Shown: one piece after another, positions 1 through 14,960 of the stretch | How the letters are laid out: each line of letters starts with the position of its first letter | How positions within the stretch are numbered: position 1 is the stretch's first letter | Assembly: GCA_964016885.1 (NCBI GenBank) | Contig: OZ024741.1 | Coordinates: forward strand, 71,734,001-71,798,000 | Reading direction: 5' to 3' | DNA length: 64,000 nucleotides | Origin: Eledone cirrhosa | Lineage: Eukaryota | Position numbers and translations under genes: made by a program | The notes under the pieces: model-generated | Told to the model about the DNA's origin: nothing | Databases searched by the model: none | What the model saw: the letters and a program-made list of their open reading frames with translations, nothing else

Positions 1-1153
1 AGCACGGCCTAGAATCAAAAGGCCTTAAAATTAACCTGGCTAAGACTAAAGTTCTAGTTTGTAGGAAAGAAAATAAGGCGGCGGTCCCTTCAGGGAAATG
101 GTCGTGCTCGGTGTGTAGGAAAGGCGTAGGTAGAAACTCCATTTTATGTCCTAAATGCAAAGTATGGGTGCATAAAAGATGTAGTGGGATCACAGGTAAG
201 CTAACTAAGAACATAGATTTTACATGTGGCCGGTGCTCTGGTGCAATAAGTAGCAGCAAGTGCCCACAAAATACTAGCTCTTTCAATTGCGCAGAGGGTT
301 CTATAGAAATAGTGGACAGCTTCCGTTACCTGGGTGATAAAATCAGCAGTGGGGGAGGGTGCTCTGAAAGTACAGTAGCTAGAGTCAGAACTGGTTGGAA
401 AAAGTTCAGAGAGCTTATACCACTATTAGCCGCTAAAGGGTTCTCCCTAAAAATGAAAGGCAGGTTGTACGATGCCTGCATGCGAACAGCAATGCTGCAT
501 GGCAGTGAGACCTGGGCATTGTGTGCAGAGGATATACGCAGACTAGAGAGGAACGAAGCTTGCATGCTCCGCTGGATGTGTAACAGTAATATACGTGAAC
601 GGCAAAGCATAAACGAACTAAGGAAAAAATTAGAAATAAGAGGGATCAGATGTTGTTTACTCGAGAGAAGGCTACGTTGGTATGGACACGTGATGCGCAT
701 GAAAGTCGATAGCTGTATAACAAAGTGCAGGGCAATAAAGATAGACGGTAGCCACGGAATAGGCAGACCTAGAAAAACCTGGGACGAGCTGATAAACTCT
801 GACCTCACACACTTACACCTCTCCAAGACAATGTCACTGGACCGAGACCTTTGGCGGTACTCAGTAACAGAGAAGACCCGCCTTACCTAAATACATAGTA
901 AAACCTACTACAACCAGTAGGCATCTCTAACAAAATAACCCCCCCCCCCGTCCCACCACCCCCACCCCATCCACGCCACCCCGTTCTATGTAAAGTTGTG
1001 TTGGTGCCACACCATCCAGGCCGAAACAAATGAGATCGTGTAGGTGTCACGACAAAAAACACAGTCCACACTGTAATGTGGCCGTGTAGGCAACACGGTA
1101 AAAACCTCCCAGACCCACACTGTAAATGTGGTTGGTGTTAGGAAGGGCATCCA
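1..1153 (+). mobile_element. RTE-clade LINE (subfamily A), 3' part: RT C-terminus with PHD-like insert plus truncated 3' UTR
   Basis: ORF to 890 has NLAKTKVL, FRYLG, MLHGSETW, RLRWYGHVMR and GRPRKTW, typical of RTE ORF C-termini. It is near-identical to 19908-21050. Confidence 0.9.
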
Positions 1154-1798
1154 ACTTTTTCCGAAGGCCCAGCCGCCTTACCCGTCTTCATATCTTTGAT
1201 TGCCTTACTTATTATACTACCTTCAACTAACACTGCTGGTCCCTCTATTGGATCGATTTGGGGGAGACTGTCTTTCTCCCATTTGTTCTCCTCATTTAGA
1301 AGCCTTTCGTAGTGACACTTCCAAGCTACCTTCTTATCAGCGTCGGTGATGGCAAGTATGCCATCATCGTTAAGTACACACTTCTCCCCGACAATATCAC
1401 GGTTCTCCTTGACACATTGCCTGGCAATCCTGAACACCTCACGTTTTTGGTCCTCACGTTGTAGAACATGCTTGAACTTTCTTTCCTCTGCTTCTTTTCT
1501 TGCGAAGTACACTTGTCTCCTAGCTTCCCTCCTGGCCACTTGATAGTCTTCTCTACTTCCCCCATCCCGCCATACTTTCCAAGCCTGCTTTTTGGCCTTA
1601 ATTGACTCCTCCACCTTACTGTTCCACCACCATGTTACTCTCCTCCTACCTACAGGCCTGCTCCAGCCACAGACCTCGTCTGCCGCCGTCAGCAGGTTTG
1701 CTCTCAGGAATTCCCACTGTTCCTCTATATTATACGACTCTAATTGCTCTTCCTTACTGTCGAAAGCGTCAAGTAATTTGCTTTGAAATTTATTTCTT
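1152..1798 (-). mobile_element. RTE subfamily A fragment (EN-RT linker), opposite orientation
   Basis: Translates [23 protein letters not shown]...[11 protein letters not shown]. It is largely the reverse complement of 18996-19510, and its 5' end abuts (TA)n. Confidence 0.9.
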
Positions 1799-3800
<2,002 letters not shown>

Positions 3801-4270
3801 AAAACAAAACCTGTCAAAGGGCAAGGGAGCTCTTAAGACTCAATAGCCATCCAAAATCACCGGGAGAGATGACCCCTTAGCCTTTGTCAAGGCTGAATTC
3901 TAGGAGAAGGAAAACTCTGATATAACACCTGCAACCCTGATGGTATCCAATGATGTTGACTTGTTCTTCTTTTTGGTAAATATCATCTTGGTTAAGAGAG
4001 TGGGACTGGCTTTGTGCAGTGCCTTTGCTCACTATAAAAGCTTCACAGCACAGGCATTGCTTTATATCTGGAGATCTCTCTGCAATTGTCATCACATGGT
4101 ACCATGGGCCCTGCACTATGTGTCAATAATGGTCACAAGTGTAGTCTTTGTACCAGAGTTTTTAAGTCGCTGGCTGGAATAAAAAGTCACATTCGTTCAG
4201 CGCATCGGTAGGGGTTCTCCTACATGGATATAAAGTAGTGGCCGTACTCGAAAACGAGTTGGCAGCCACC

Positions 4271-4271
<1 letters not shown>
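3801..4271 (+). mobile_element. Short non-autonomous retroelement (RTE-like 3' end), 5'-truncated copy
   Basis: Ends in a C2H2 finger remnant GHKCSLCTRVFKSLAGIKSHIRSAHR*, then a GTGGC..ACTCG-AAAA-CGAGT..GCCAC stem-loop and (AT)n. Confidence 0.7.
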
Positions 4272-4320
<49 letters not shown>

Positions 4321-4321
4321 G

Positions 4322-4362
<41 letters not shown>

Positions 4363-4366
<4 letters not shown>

Positions 4367-4927
4367 TGGCTGCCAACTCGTTTTCGAGTACGGCCACTAC
4401 TTTATATCCATGTAGGAGAACCCCTACCGATGCGCTGAATGAGTGTGGCCTTTTAGTCCAGCCAGCGACTTGAAAACTCTGGTACAAACACTACACTTGT
4501 GACAATTATTGACACATAGTGCTGGGCCATGTGACGACAAGTGCAGAGAGATCTCCAGATATAAAGCAATGCCTGTGCCATGAAGCTTTTATAGTGAGCA
4601 AAGGCACTGCACAAAGCCAGTCCCACTCTCTTAACCAAGATGATAGTTACCAAAAAGAAGAACAAGTCAACATCATTGGATACCATCAGGGTTGCAGGTG
4701 TTATATCAGAGTTTTCCTTCTCCTAGAATTCTGCCTTGACAAAGGCTAAGGGGTCATCTCTCCCGGTGATTTTGGATGGCGATTGACTCTTAAGAGCTCC
4801 TTTTCCCTTTGACAGATTTTGTTTTTAGTCCTGCAGGATGTCCAAAGTCACCCTCCTCACCAAGAAACCTTGGTGGGGTTGCCAGTTTAGTCGCCAACGA
4901 CCCGACCATGAGACAGGTTGTACTGGT
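4363..4927 (-). mobile_element. Second, longer copy of the same short retroelement, inverted
   Basis: Reverse complement of 3801-4271 at roughly 94-95% identity by eye, with about 100 bp of extra 5' head. Confidence 0.75.
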
Positions 4928-5940
<1,013 letters not shown>

Positions 5941-6238
5941 GGAGGCACATGGCTTAGTGGTTATAGCATTGGCCTTGCAATCGAAAGGTTGAGTTCAATT
6001 CTCAGACAGGGTCATGTGTTGTTTCCTTGAGCAAGACACTTTATTTCACATTGCTCCAGTTCACTCAGCTGTAGAAATGCAAAGTGGTCGTGGAGGTGCC
6101 ACGGCAAAAAAGCAGCCACCACTCACTGTAAATGAGGTTGGTGTTAGGAAGGGCATCCAGCTGTAGAAAGCCAGAATCAGTTCCCATCCCACCCTTGGAA
6201 GCAGGGAAAAGCGGACGCAAAATGAAATGAAATGAATG
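5941..6238 (+). mobile_element. tRNA-derived CORE-type SINE with RTE-derived 3' tail
   Basis: A box TGGCTTAGTGG, B-box-like GAGTTCAATTC and CORE-like CCTTGAGCAAGACACTT...CTGTAGAAATG. The tail is shared with the RTE LINEs in this window. Confidence 0.8.
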
Positions 6239-6323
<85 letters not shown>

Positions 6324-6324
6324 C

Positions 6325-6389
<65 letters not shown>

Positions 6390-6397
6390 TACATATA
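6239..6397. repeat. (TA)n/(CATA) microsatellite
   Basis: Directly visible. Confidence 0.95.
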
Positions 6398-6647
6398 TCA
6401 TCATCATCATCATCATCACCGTTTTACATCCGTTCTTCCACGCTAGCATGGGTTAGACGGGTTGTCCTGTTGTGGGCAGTGTCTGGTCGGCTGACCATGC
6501 CTTGCTCATACAGGAACTGATCTGGCTTGATTTCTACAGCTGGATGCCCTTCCTAACACCAACCTCATTTACAGTGAGTGCTGGGTGCTTTTTCGTGGCG
6601 CCTACACGTCCACTTTACAGTGTGGGCTGGGTGCTTTTTTGCCGTGG
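6398..6647 (-). mobile_element. RTE subfamily C 3' UTR fragment with (GAT)n tail
   Basis: Matches 55281-55540 and begins with (CAT)n on the plus strand. Confidence 0.8.
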
Positions 6648-8300
6648 CAAAGGAGAGCTTTCATTAAAGATCTCCTTAATGAAAGCTCCATAGACCTCAT
6701 CATGTACTCTCGTTATGTAGACGATATCAATATAGTTATAAGAACACCCCCACTAGAGAGCACTAACAAGTTTGATTTAGAACGTAGCACGATGGAAAGC
6801 ATCCAGCAGATAGCTAATTCCATACACCAGAGTATAACTGTAACTATAGACTTCCCTTCCAAACACCCTAACAATAGACTACCTGTATTAGACACAGAAC
6901 TCTGGATTAACACTATAGACGAGAGAGCCTAAATTCTCCACTCACACTATGCTAAACCCATGGCCTCCAAATACCTGATACTCAAAAACTCAGCAATGTC
7001 CAGTAGTGCTAAGTTTAATATTCTGATCGCAGATTTGGTACGAGTGATGAAGAATGTGTCCAGCATGTGCGACCCAACAGAAATGGAAGGACACATCCAA
7101 CACTTCATCAACCGCATGCAGTTCTCTGGCTACAACCAAAGAGACAGAGTCAGAGTATACGAAGGAGCCATGGAAAAGTATAAGACCCTCATAGAACTGG
7201 ACATGAAAGGAATTTGCCCACTATACAGGAGCAAATCATGGAATAGCTTAGATAGGGCTAGACATAAGATAGGGAAGGCCACATCATGGTACGACAACCA
7301 GAGATATCAGAGTGTCATGTTTGTGGACGCCACCCCTGGAGGGAAATTAGCTAACCAGTGTAGAAAGGCCCTGAGAAAGACCCACTTAAAAATAAAGGTG
7401 GTAGAAAAGCCAGGAACCACTATAAAATCCCTGATCAGCAAAACCTACCCTTTTAAGAAAACCCACTGTACCAATAGGAAATGTATCATTTGTAAGGTGA
7501 ACCCCCGGATAAACTGTAAAACTAGAAACGTAGTCTATAGCATAAGATGTACAGAGGGTACTTGCAGAAACATGACAACAACATACATAGGTGAGACAGC
7601 TCGTAGCATAGGTGAAAGGATAGACCAACACTGGGGGGAACTAAAAGGACGAAAAAACGGGTCAGTACTATACGAACATGCTAGACAACAACATGACAGT
7701 AACATAGACAACATAGAAATTAGAATAATATCTAAACATAGGAATGACCCAGCAGATAGGCAAATCAGAGAGGCCAGTGAAATAGAAATTAGAAGACCAA
7801 AGCTAAACAGAAAGAATGAGTGGAACAACAACAACACCCAAACAAACAACACTGACCTAAGAGAAGTATAAATAAGTAAATAAAATTAAATAAAATAAGA
7901 TAAATAAATACATACACAAGCACATAAACACACACTAGTCACCCAGCAGACACAAAACTATACACACTAGTCACACATCACACATAACACTATACACACA
8001 CGCAAACGCATGCGCAAAGAAGACAAAATAAAATAAGATAAACAAACAAGCAAATAAATAAATAAATATATAGACAGACTGAACAAAAAAAAAACAAAAA
8101 AAAAAATGGCGTAGACATACAACACAACAGGAGGAACAATGAATATAACACCACTGACGATGTTGCAGATGTGCAACGAAAGATTCATGTAAATTATGTA
8201 AACTATATATATGTGTTTGTGTCTATATTGTATCTGTATTATTTTTGACCGCCGGTCAGTCAATGGCAACATTGAGGACCGAGTAAGTTAGATCGCAGAT
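6648..8300 (+). mobile_element. Penelope-like element, 5'-truncated (RT C-terminus + GIY-YIG endonuclease), one in-frame stop
   Basis: RYVDD catalytic motif, LPVLD, Cys-rich linker and NVVYSIRC...YIGET..RIDQH GIY-YIG motif. ORFs 6585-6932 and 6960-7871 share a frame, separated by TAA at 6930-6932. Confidence 0.9.
8154..8186 (+). ncRNA. Hammerhead-ribozyme-like core in the Penelope 3' repeat
   Basis: CTGACGA-T-GTTGCA-GATG-TGCAAC-GAAA-GATTC. Stem I pairing is poor. Confidence 0.6.
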
Positions 8301-9500
8301 ATATATATATAAAAGACAGCGAGAAGCGAAAACCAACCAAACAGTGAGTGTGTTCTGTTATTAATTCTGGCAATATTACGCAAATATGACCCTCCCCAAA
8401 TATAACAATATACATATCTACATATATATATATATACATATTTTTGAAGACCCATCCAAGTTAAACATGGAACAAAAAAACATGAAATGAATAATCAAAA
8501 GCGTCAACCCTTGGGCATTGTAATTTCATGCATGAAGGTGGGATTGGATAATACTGAGTCCAGACTGAACAATGTCTTGAATATGTCGCTATAAAGATGC
8601 ATATGAGACAACTCAACAATACAGAGACAGAGGAAAACAACGGAGTATTGCTCGATTACAATAGTAAACGTCTTAGAATTGGAAATAGGGCAGGATATGT
8701 AGTTGGCAAGTTATAATAGTAATGTAGGAATGATGGAAACAGACTTTCATCAAAAAGGAGGAGATAGAGAGTTGTTATGCTGGCAAGTAAACAATTAGTT
8801 AGTCAAAGAAGGATCATTTAGCGTGACAGTAGTAATAAATAGTACATGGAAAACAATATCTATCTGTATATATTGACCTTTTCAACTAATGTCTTGTCCA
8901 TTTTAGAACCTCTCAATATTCTTAATTGCATTAATTGCCTGTTGCATGAAGTCTATATATTATTGTTGTTGTTGTTATTGTTATTCATTCATTCAAAATC
9001 TACTACATTAGTATAACTAAATTATCATCCATCAGCTGACATTTATAATGTTGTCACTTGGAAACATCATATATGTGGATGTGTGTAAGGACTTCAATGT
9101 CATTATCTTTCATACATAAATGATACAAATGTCAGTTAGGAGTTAATATAGATGGACTTTACAATGAAGAAAACTTCTAGTTTCTGAACAAATACATCAT
9201 CTCTATTCTATAATAGTAAGTTTCCATTTATTGGTTATACACTTGTCTGTCCAGAAAGTAATCTCAGTATTATATATATCATTTTTACATCAACTTTTCC
9301 ATGGTGGTATGAGTTTGACAGGACTTTTTGAAGCAAGGTTTCACAGCCAGATGCCCTATCTATATTTCTATATCTATATCTCTCTTTCTCTCTATATATA
9401 TACATAATCATGTGTGTCTGGTTTAAAATAAGTACATCATATCTTTGCGTGTTTTAAAAACTGTTTAAAAAGGTTAGTGCCAGATAGGGCATCAGAATAA

Positions 9501-9569
<69 letters not shown>

Positions 9570-10200
9570 GTATATTAAAAATGTATATCCGGCTTAATAT
9601 ATATATATATATATGTCATCATCAAGGTGACAAGCTGGTAGAGTCACTAGGGTGTTAGATCAAAAATACCTTGGTCTTTGTTCTGGCTCACTGTACTTTG
9701 TTTAAATCTTGCTATGGCCAACTTCACCTTTCATCTTTTCGAGGTCAATAAATAGATTATCTTTCCAATACTAGAACTGATTCTCCCTCTTTTTTTCCTT
9801 ATCACCTCTCTTTGTCTCTTTATTTCTCTGGAAGACATTGGATGTGTTATGAACTGAAAAGGGATGGACTCTGCCAGTTTTAAAATGCCCAAGACAAGAC
9901 ATGATATGCATCAGATCAGGATAGTACTTTACGTTTATATCATCATCATTTAAATGTCTGTTTTCCCTGCTTGCAAGGACTGGAGTTTAGTCAAGCAGAG
10001 CTACTGATCTTTAAGATGGACTGTTGACCTGAATTTTGCTTACATAAGTTCATGCACTCTACCAAATCTTCAGACAGGCCTGGATGCCTGCATCTCACAT
10101 ACATTCCTGCACTTTACTGAGCTCATTGTTTCATGGTATCAGCACTGGGAAGGTTGTCATTATTTTGACATAACTGAAGAGTCCTGACTGTCTGATATAT

Positions 10201-10642
10201 ATACGAAAGGACGGTTATATGATGCCTGTGTGGGATGCGTGATGCTGCATGGTAGTGAGACATGGGCAGCAACTGCAGAGGATATGCGACGGCTGGATGT
10301 GCAATGTGCGTGAACGACCAAGCATAGACGAGTTGAGAAAGAAACTGGGTATAAGAGGGATAAGTTGTGGTGTGCAGGAGAGAAGGCTGAGATGGTATGG
10401 ACATGTGATGTGCATGGAGGATGACCGTTGGGTAAAGAAGTGCCAAGAAATCCCAGTAGAAGGAAGACGCAGTAGAGGTAGACCACGTAAAACATGGGTG
10501 GTGGTGGTGAGAGCAGACCTCAGATCGCTGAAACTCATTGAGGAGATGACGAAGGACTGCGACAAGTGGAGAGATACTGTGCTGAATAGGACCCATCCAA
10601 CCCTTGCAAGCAGGGAAAAGCGGACGTAAAATGATGATGATG
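10201..10642 (+). mobile_element. RTE subfamily B 3' fragment with internal deletion and (ATG)n tail
   Basis: RLRWYGHVM...GRPRKTW...PTLASREKRT*, similar to the 3' end of the 31257-32618 copy. Confidence 0.85.
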
Positions 10643-10718
10643 ATATATATATATATTCTCCCCGTCCCTTCTCTCATCACTCTTTACTTTACTTTATTTA
10701 TCTTCTATTTCTAACTCT

Positions 10719-10754
10719 GTCTTTTGATGGAGGACTAGTCCGAAACGTTAAGAC
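10719..10754 (+). ncRNA. Degenerate minimal hammerhead motif (Penelope/retrozyme-like remnant)
   Basis: GTCTT-TTGATGG-A-GGAC-TA-GTCC-GAAA-CGTT-AAGAC. Stems I and II pair, but the core has two mismatches to CUGANGA. Confidence 0.5.
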
Positions 10755-10864
10755 TATCTTCCTACTCTTTCAAGTGTTAAACTAATATATTTATTCCATG
10801 TACTGTACTGTTTGTTTTGTTATTTTTGCTTTTATACACACATACACACACACATACATTATTA

Positions 10865-11122
10865 AAAGATTGGAGGGCTTGGATGAACTGAGGAAGAAGC
10901 TAGGTTTAAAAGGATTCTGAGGTGGTGTACAGGAGAGAAGTCTGTATTGGTATGGACATGTGATGTGCATGGATCATGATCGATGGGGCGAAGAAGTGCC
11001 AGGAAATCCCAGTAGAAGGAAGCCGCAGACTCACATAGGAGATGACAAAAAAAACGCGGTGCATGGAGGGCCCATCCAACCCATGCTAACATGGAAAAAC
11101 TGATGAAAAATCGATGATGATA
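10865..11122 (+). mobile_element. Decayed RTE 3' fragment
   Basis: TGGTATGGACATGTGATG (WYGHVM) and the terminal AACCCATGCTAACATGGAAAA..GATGATGA motif. Confidence 0.7.
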
Positions 11123-11509
11123 TATATATATATATAATCGTCATCATTATCATCACCGTTTAATGTCTATTTTTCCACGCTAGCATACATATACACACAC
11201 ACACACATAATACAATGCTTCTTATATAAGTAGGGAACAGCTTGTCTTTGAAACATGTTATATTGAAAACATTACTGTGCTCCAGTTTGAATATTTTAAT
11301 TGAGGATTTTTTTCCTATTTTTATAATTCTTTGTATTTGGTTTGAGACAATTCTGTTCCTAAATCCATAAGTCCATTAACTAACATCACCATTCTTATTT
11401 TGAAAGTGGAGTCATGAAAGTCTTGGTGCATTAATAAACACGTTGATTTAGCAGTGTTATTGTCCCAAACCAAGCATAAAGAATTAATAAGGAAATCTGA
11501 AAAATCCTT

Positions 11510-11686
11510 AATAATTGTTTCTACTTTTGGCACAAGGCCAACAATTACCCAGTGCATTACTGGTACTTTATTTTATCGACCCCGTAAGGATGAAAGGCAA
11601 AGTTAACCTCAGCGGGATTTGAACTCAGAATGGCAAGGGCCATAACTCTATACGTCAAAGCATGGCGTCCGACCCTCTGCCGATAC
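11510..11686 (-). mobile_element. tRNA-derived Meta-type SINE
   Basis: Minus strand has B box GAGTTCAAATCCC, Meta-like TTTGCCTTTCATCCTTACGGGGTCGATAAAATAAAGTACC and an AGAAACAATTATT tail. Confidence 0.75.
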
Positions 11687-11789
11687 TAATAATAATGATC
11701 AAACAGGAGCATGGTTGTGTTTTCAATATATGGAAAAACGGGTGTAAAATATGATAATGATTGTGCACACACACATATACATCCATGTA

Positions 11790-12170
11790 TGTAAAAACAA
11801 TTGGTGTTGGGAAAGGCATTCAGCAGCTGTAAAAATCCCAGCCAAAACACTGGTTCCGTTATGAGCAAGGTTCAACTCAACCAACTGGCCAGACCTTCAT
11901 AACAGGTCCACCAAGGTTCCAAATACAGATCTGCTTATGAGCAGGGTATGGTGCAGTCAACTGGCCAGTCACCTCTCATAATGGGACCACCCAGTTCCAC
12001 ACTATAAATGTGGTTGGTGTTAGGAAGGGCATCCAGCTGTAAAAACCCCCAGCCAAAATACAATTCTGTTTGTGCAAGGTCCAGTACAGCCAACTGGCCA
12101 GACTTGTGTCATAACATGGACCACTCATCTAACCCATGCAAGCATGGAAAATAAGATGTTGAACAGTGAT
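11790..12170 (+). mobile_element. Duplicated RTE/SINE 3' tail remnants
   Basis: Two copies of TTGGTGTT.GGAAGGGCAT.CAG.TGTAAAA, ending AACCCATGCAAGCATGGAAA. Confidence 0.6.
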
Positions 12171-12269
12171 GCTAATGACATATATATAAAATAAAAAAAA
12201 TAACAAACACAGCGATACAAAAACAATTCATGTTATTAGGTTCATTCTTTCGATGAAAGAGAGAAAAGA

Positions 12270-12307
12270 AGTTTAATGTATCGGACGTTAGTCCTTCGTC
12301 AGGAGAG
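12270..12307 (-). ncRNA. Degenerate hammerhead motif
   Basis: Minus strand CTGACGA-A-GGAC-TAAC-GTCC-GATA-CATTA, with GAAA mutated to GATA. Confidence 0.5.
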
Positions 12308-13491
12308 TAGTAGATAGATAGATTCGCAAATAAAAAATAGAAAAAGGGGGCTATGTGAGTGCATGTTTTTAATTTTTTGTGTCTAAATGTGTCTGGTTTT
12401 ATTAACATGAGGTTAAGAGTTTAAATAAAGTCTTCGTATTTGGGGCATAATTTAATAAGCATAACAAAATAAATGATGATGATGTGTGTGGTTTGTCTAT
12501 GTATGTATCAAATATATACATGTGTGTATGTGTATCTGTGTGTTTTCTCTGTTTTTACCTCATATTGGTTTCTTTCAGTTAGCTGTCGCCATGCTGGGGC
12601 ATTTTTCAACCAAAGATACAGAAATAAAAGCATATATTAAAATGTGTCCCAACTTCTGATCCTGTGAGTTGGTGCAGGGTGTAATACATTCAGTAACTAT
12701 GCTGTTGTTGTTCTTTGGAAATATTATTACTACTGCTGGTGTTATATATTAATTAATCACCAAGAATCAGCTGCTCAAGCCACCTCTGTGTGTGAGTGTA
12801 CACACACTTTTGAATTATTTATTGCATGTATTGTTTAAAACCAAAAAACAACCAAAAGGGGCAGGGGGTGGGCATATATATGTATTTGCTTGTTGTTAAT
12901 TAACTTACTTTTGTTGTGGAACATTAATGAATGTGATATGATGGTGAAGGAAGAAGTGATAAGGTCAAAACAGCTGTATGTCATGGTGGGTGTAGCTTTC
13001 TGCCTGGGAGTACATTGGTGTGTGTGTGTGTGTGTGTGTGTGAGAAACCAAAGTGAACTGAAAGACAAAACCACCACATTTCTATCATGTAAACAACCAT
13101 TCAGAGGTTAAATTTAGTAAAATTTAAAATTAAACTCTGAAAGCAGTTAAAATGCCAAATAAGAACAAAGAAACAGACTTTTCACAGACTTTCAGCCAAA
13201 TCCCCCCCACCATATTATCGCCTACCTTCTCCATTTTCTTAAAAAGAGAGGGTACATTAGGTAATACAGTCTTGGGTACAAAGTTGCCAGAGAAAATAAG
13301 GTGGTCATGACTGGAATGCCATTGGTCTGCTTAATGAAAGTTCAGTTGGGGCTTAACAACAGCCACCACCATTGCTTTTAAAATTACTATGACTATTGCT
13401 ACTACCACTAAAACTTCCATATTCAAAATCACCGACACCACCATGACTACCACCATCAACATTTATTTTTTTATTATAACTTTATAGTGGA

Positions 13492-14146
13492 CTAGCAGTA
13501 AAGCCCGGCGTTGCTCGGGGTCGCTCAGTAGCTGTGTTAAAGTTACAATGTTAAGTTTCTTTTTTGGCTTAAAGTCTGTCTGCACGCCTAACGAAATTTA
13601 CAGATACATATATTTTAAATAAACTTATATAATTTTTGCTTTTTTTTTACGAAATATTTGCTTGTTTTACGTAGTCTTTAAATAAACTTGTTTTCAAGTA
13701 AAAATATTGTTTTAAAAGGCTTTTAAATGGAAATGAAGCAAAACGGAAGCTTAGTGTTCGAACTGATGAATTTTGCAGGTCAAAATTTTGCTGGCTCGAC
13801 AACTGTTCGTGTATTGTGTTAATGTCATTTTAAACGCTGAGAAAGCCAGCGTAATTTTTTTAATTTTTGCACGCAGAAAATGTAAACAGAACGTAACAGA
13901 ACGTAAGACGCTCAATGTAAACAGAACAAAGGGAAATAACTCGTCACTTACGCTCAAAAATCGATACATTAGATTCGATTTCGTCACATAGGGTGGGTCA
14001 ATTTGAAATATTTTTTTTCCGATGTCTTCGCTAGGGCTCAATGTACAAGTATAGTAATTTCGGTGCAATTCCGTCAGAGATTCTAAGAGGAGATGTGTGC
14101 CAAAAATCGATAGACAGACAGACAACCACAGCTTTATATATATAGA
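13492..14146 (-). mobile_element. Non-autonomous Helitron
   Basis: Minus strand A|TCTATATATATAAAG...(TCTG)n 5' end, 3' hairpin CCCGAGCAACGCCGGG then CTAG|T. No TSD. Confidence 0.85.
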
Positions 14147-14254
14147 TTGACAGAATCATTAGAATGTCAACAGCCCTTTATGTTCTGATTTCAAATCTTG
14201 ACATGATCAACTTTGCCTTTCATCCTTCCAGTGTTCATAAAATAGAAACCATTA

Positions 14255-14907
14255 TCTATATATCTAAAACAGAGAATGTCTGTCTGTCCACTCACTAAAA
14301 CTCGAGAACCACCCAACCGATTGTTTTCAAACTTTATACATGTAATACTTATGGTCCTGTGAGTGTTTTGAGAAAAAGTTTCAAATTTTCAATGCCCTAG
14401 GGACCGCATTAGGTGATTTAGCGATCTCTCTCTCTCTCTCTTAGTCTTTCTCTTTTAGATAGATACATAGATATAACGCTGCGCCCTTATAATATGTCTG
14501 TCTGGCTGTCTGCATTACATTATGACGCGGTGTGTGTGTGTATATATGTATATATATATATATATATATAGTGTGTAACGTTTTTCGAAATATTTACTTC
14601 TGCGTTCACAGATTGATTTTTTTTAAATTTTAGTTTCAGAAGATCCCGTTAAGGGTGAAAGCAGTGATTCTTTGCTTAAACTTTAATTTGTTATTTTAAT
14701 ATATATATATATATATAATTATATATTCGTGTACAGATATTTTTGCATACACAATAACAAAATATTAACAAAAGTATTTATTTTGCGATAAAGTATTGAT
14801 TTTCCTCGCACGGAAAAAAACCCTGGTAATCTACGACAAATTTTTTTTATAAGCACAAAATGTAGACACCATCCTGAGGCCGAGGTATTCCGTACTTCTC
14901 TGTACTG

Positions 14908-14960
<53 letters not shown>

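Noticed and set aside
4196-4439. Perfect inner ~76 bp of the palindrome as evidence of gene conversion
   Set aside because: At about 5% arm divergence, similarly long identical stretches occur elsewhere in the arms.
5941-6010. tRNA gene
   Set aside because: The A/B boxes continue into CORE and a LINE tail, so this is a SINE head without a full cloverleaf.
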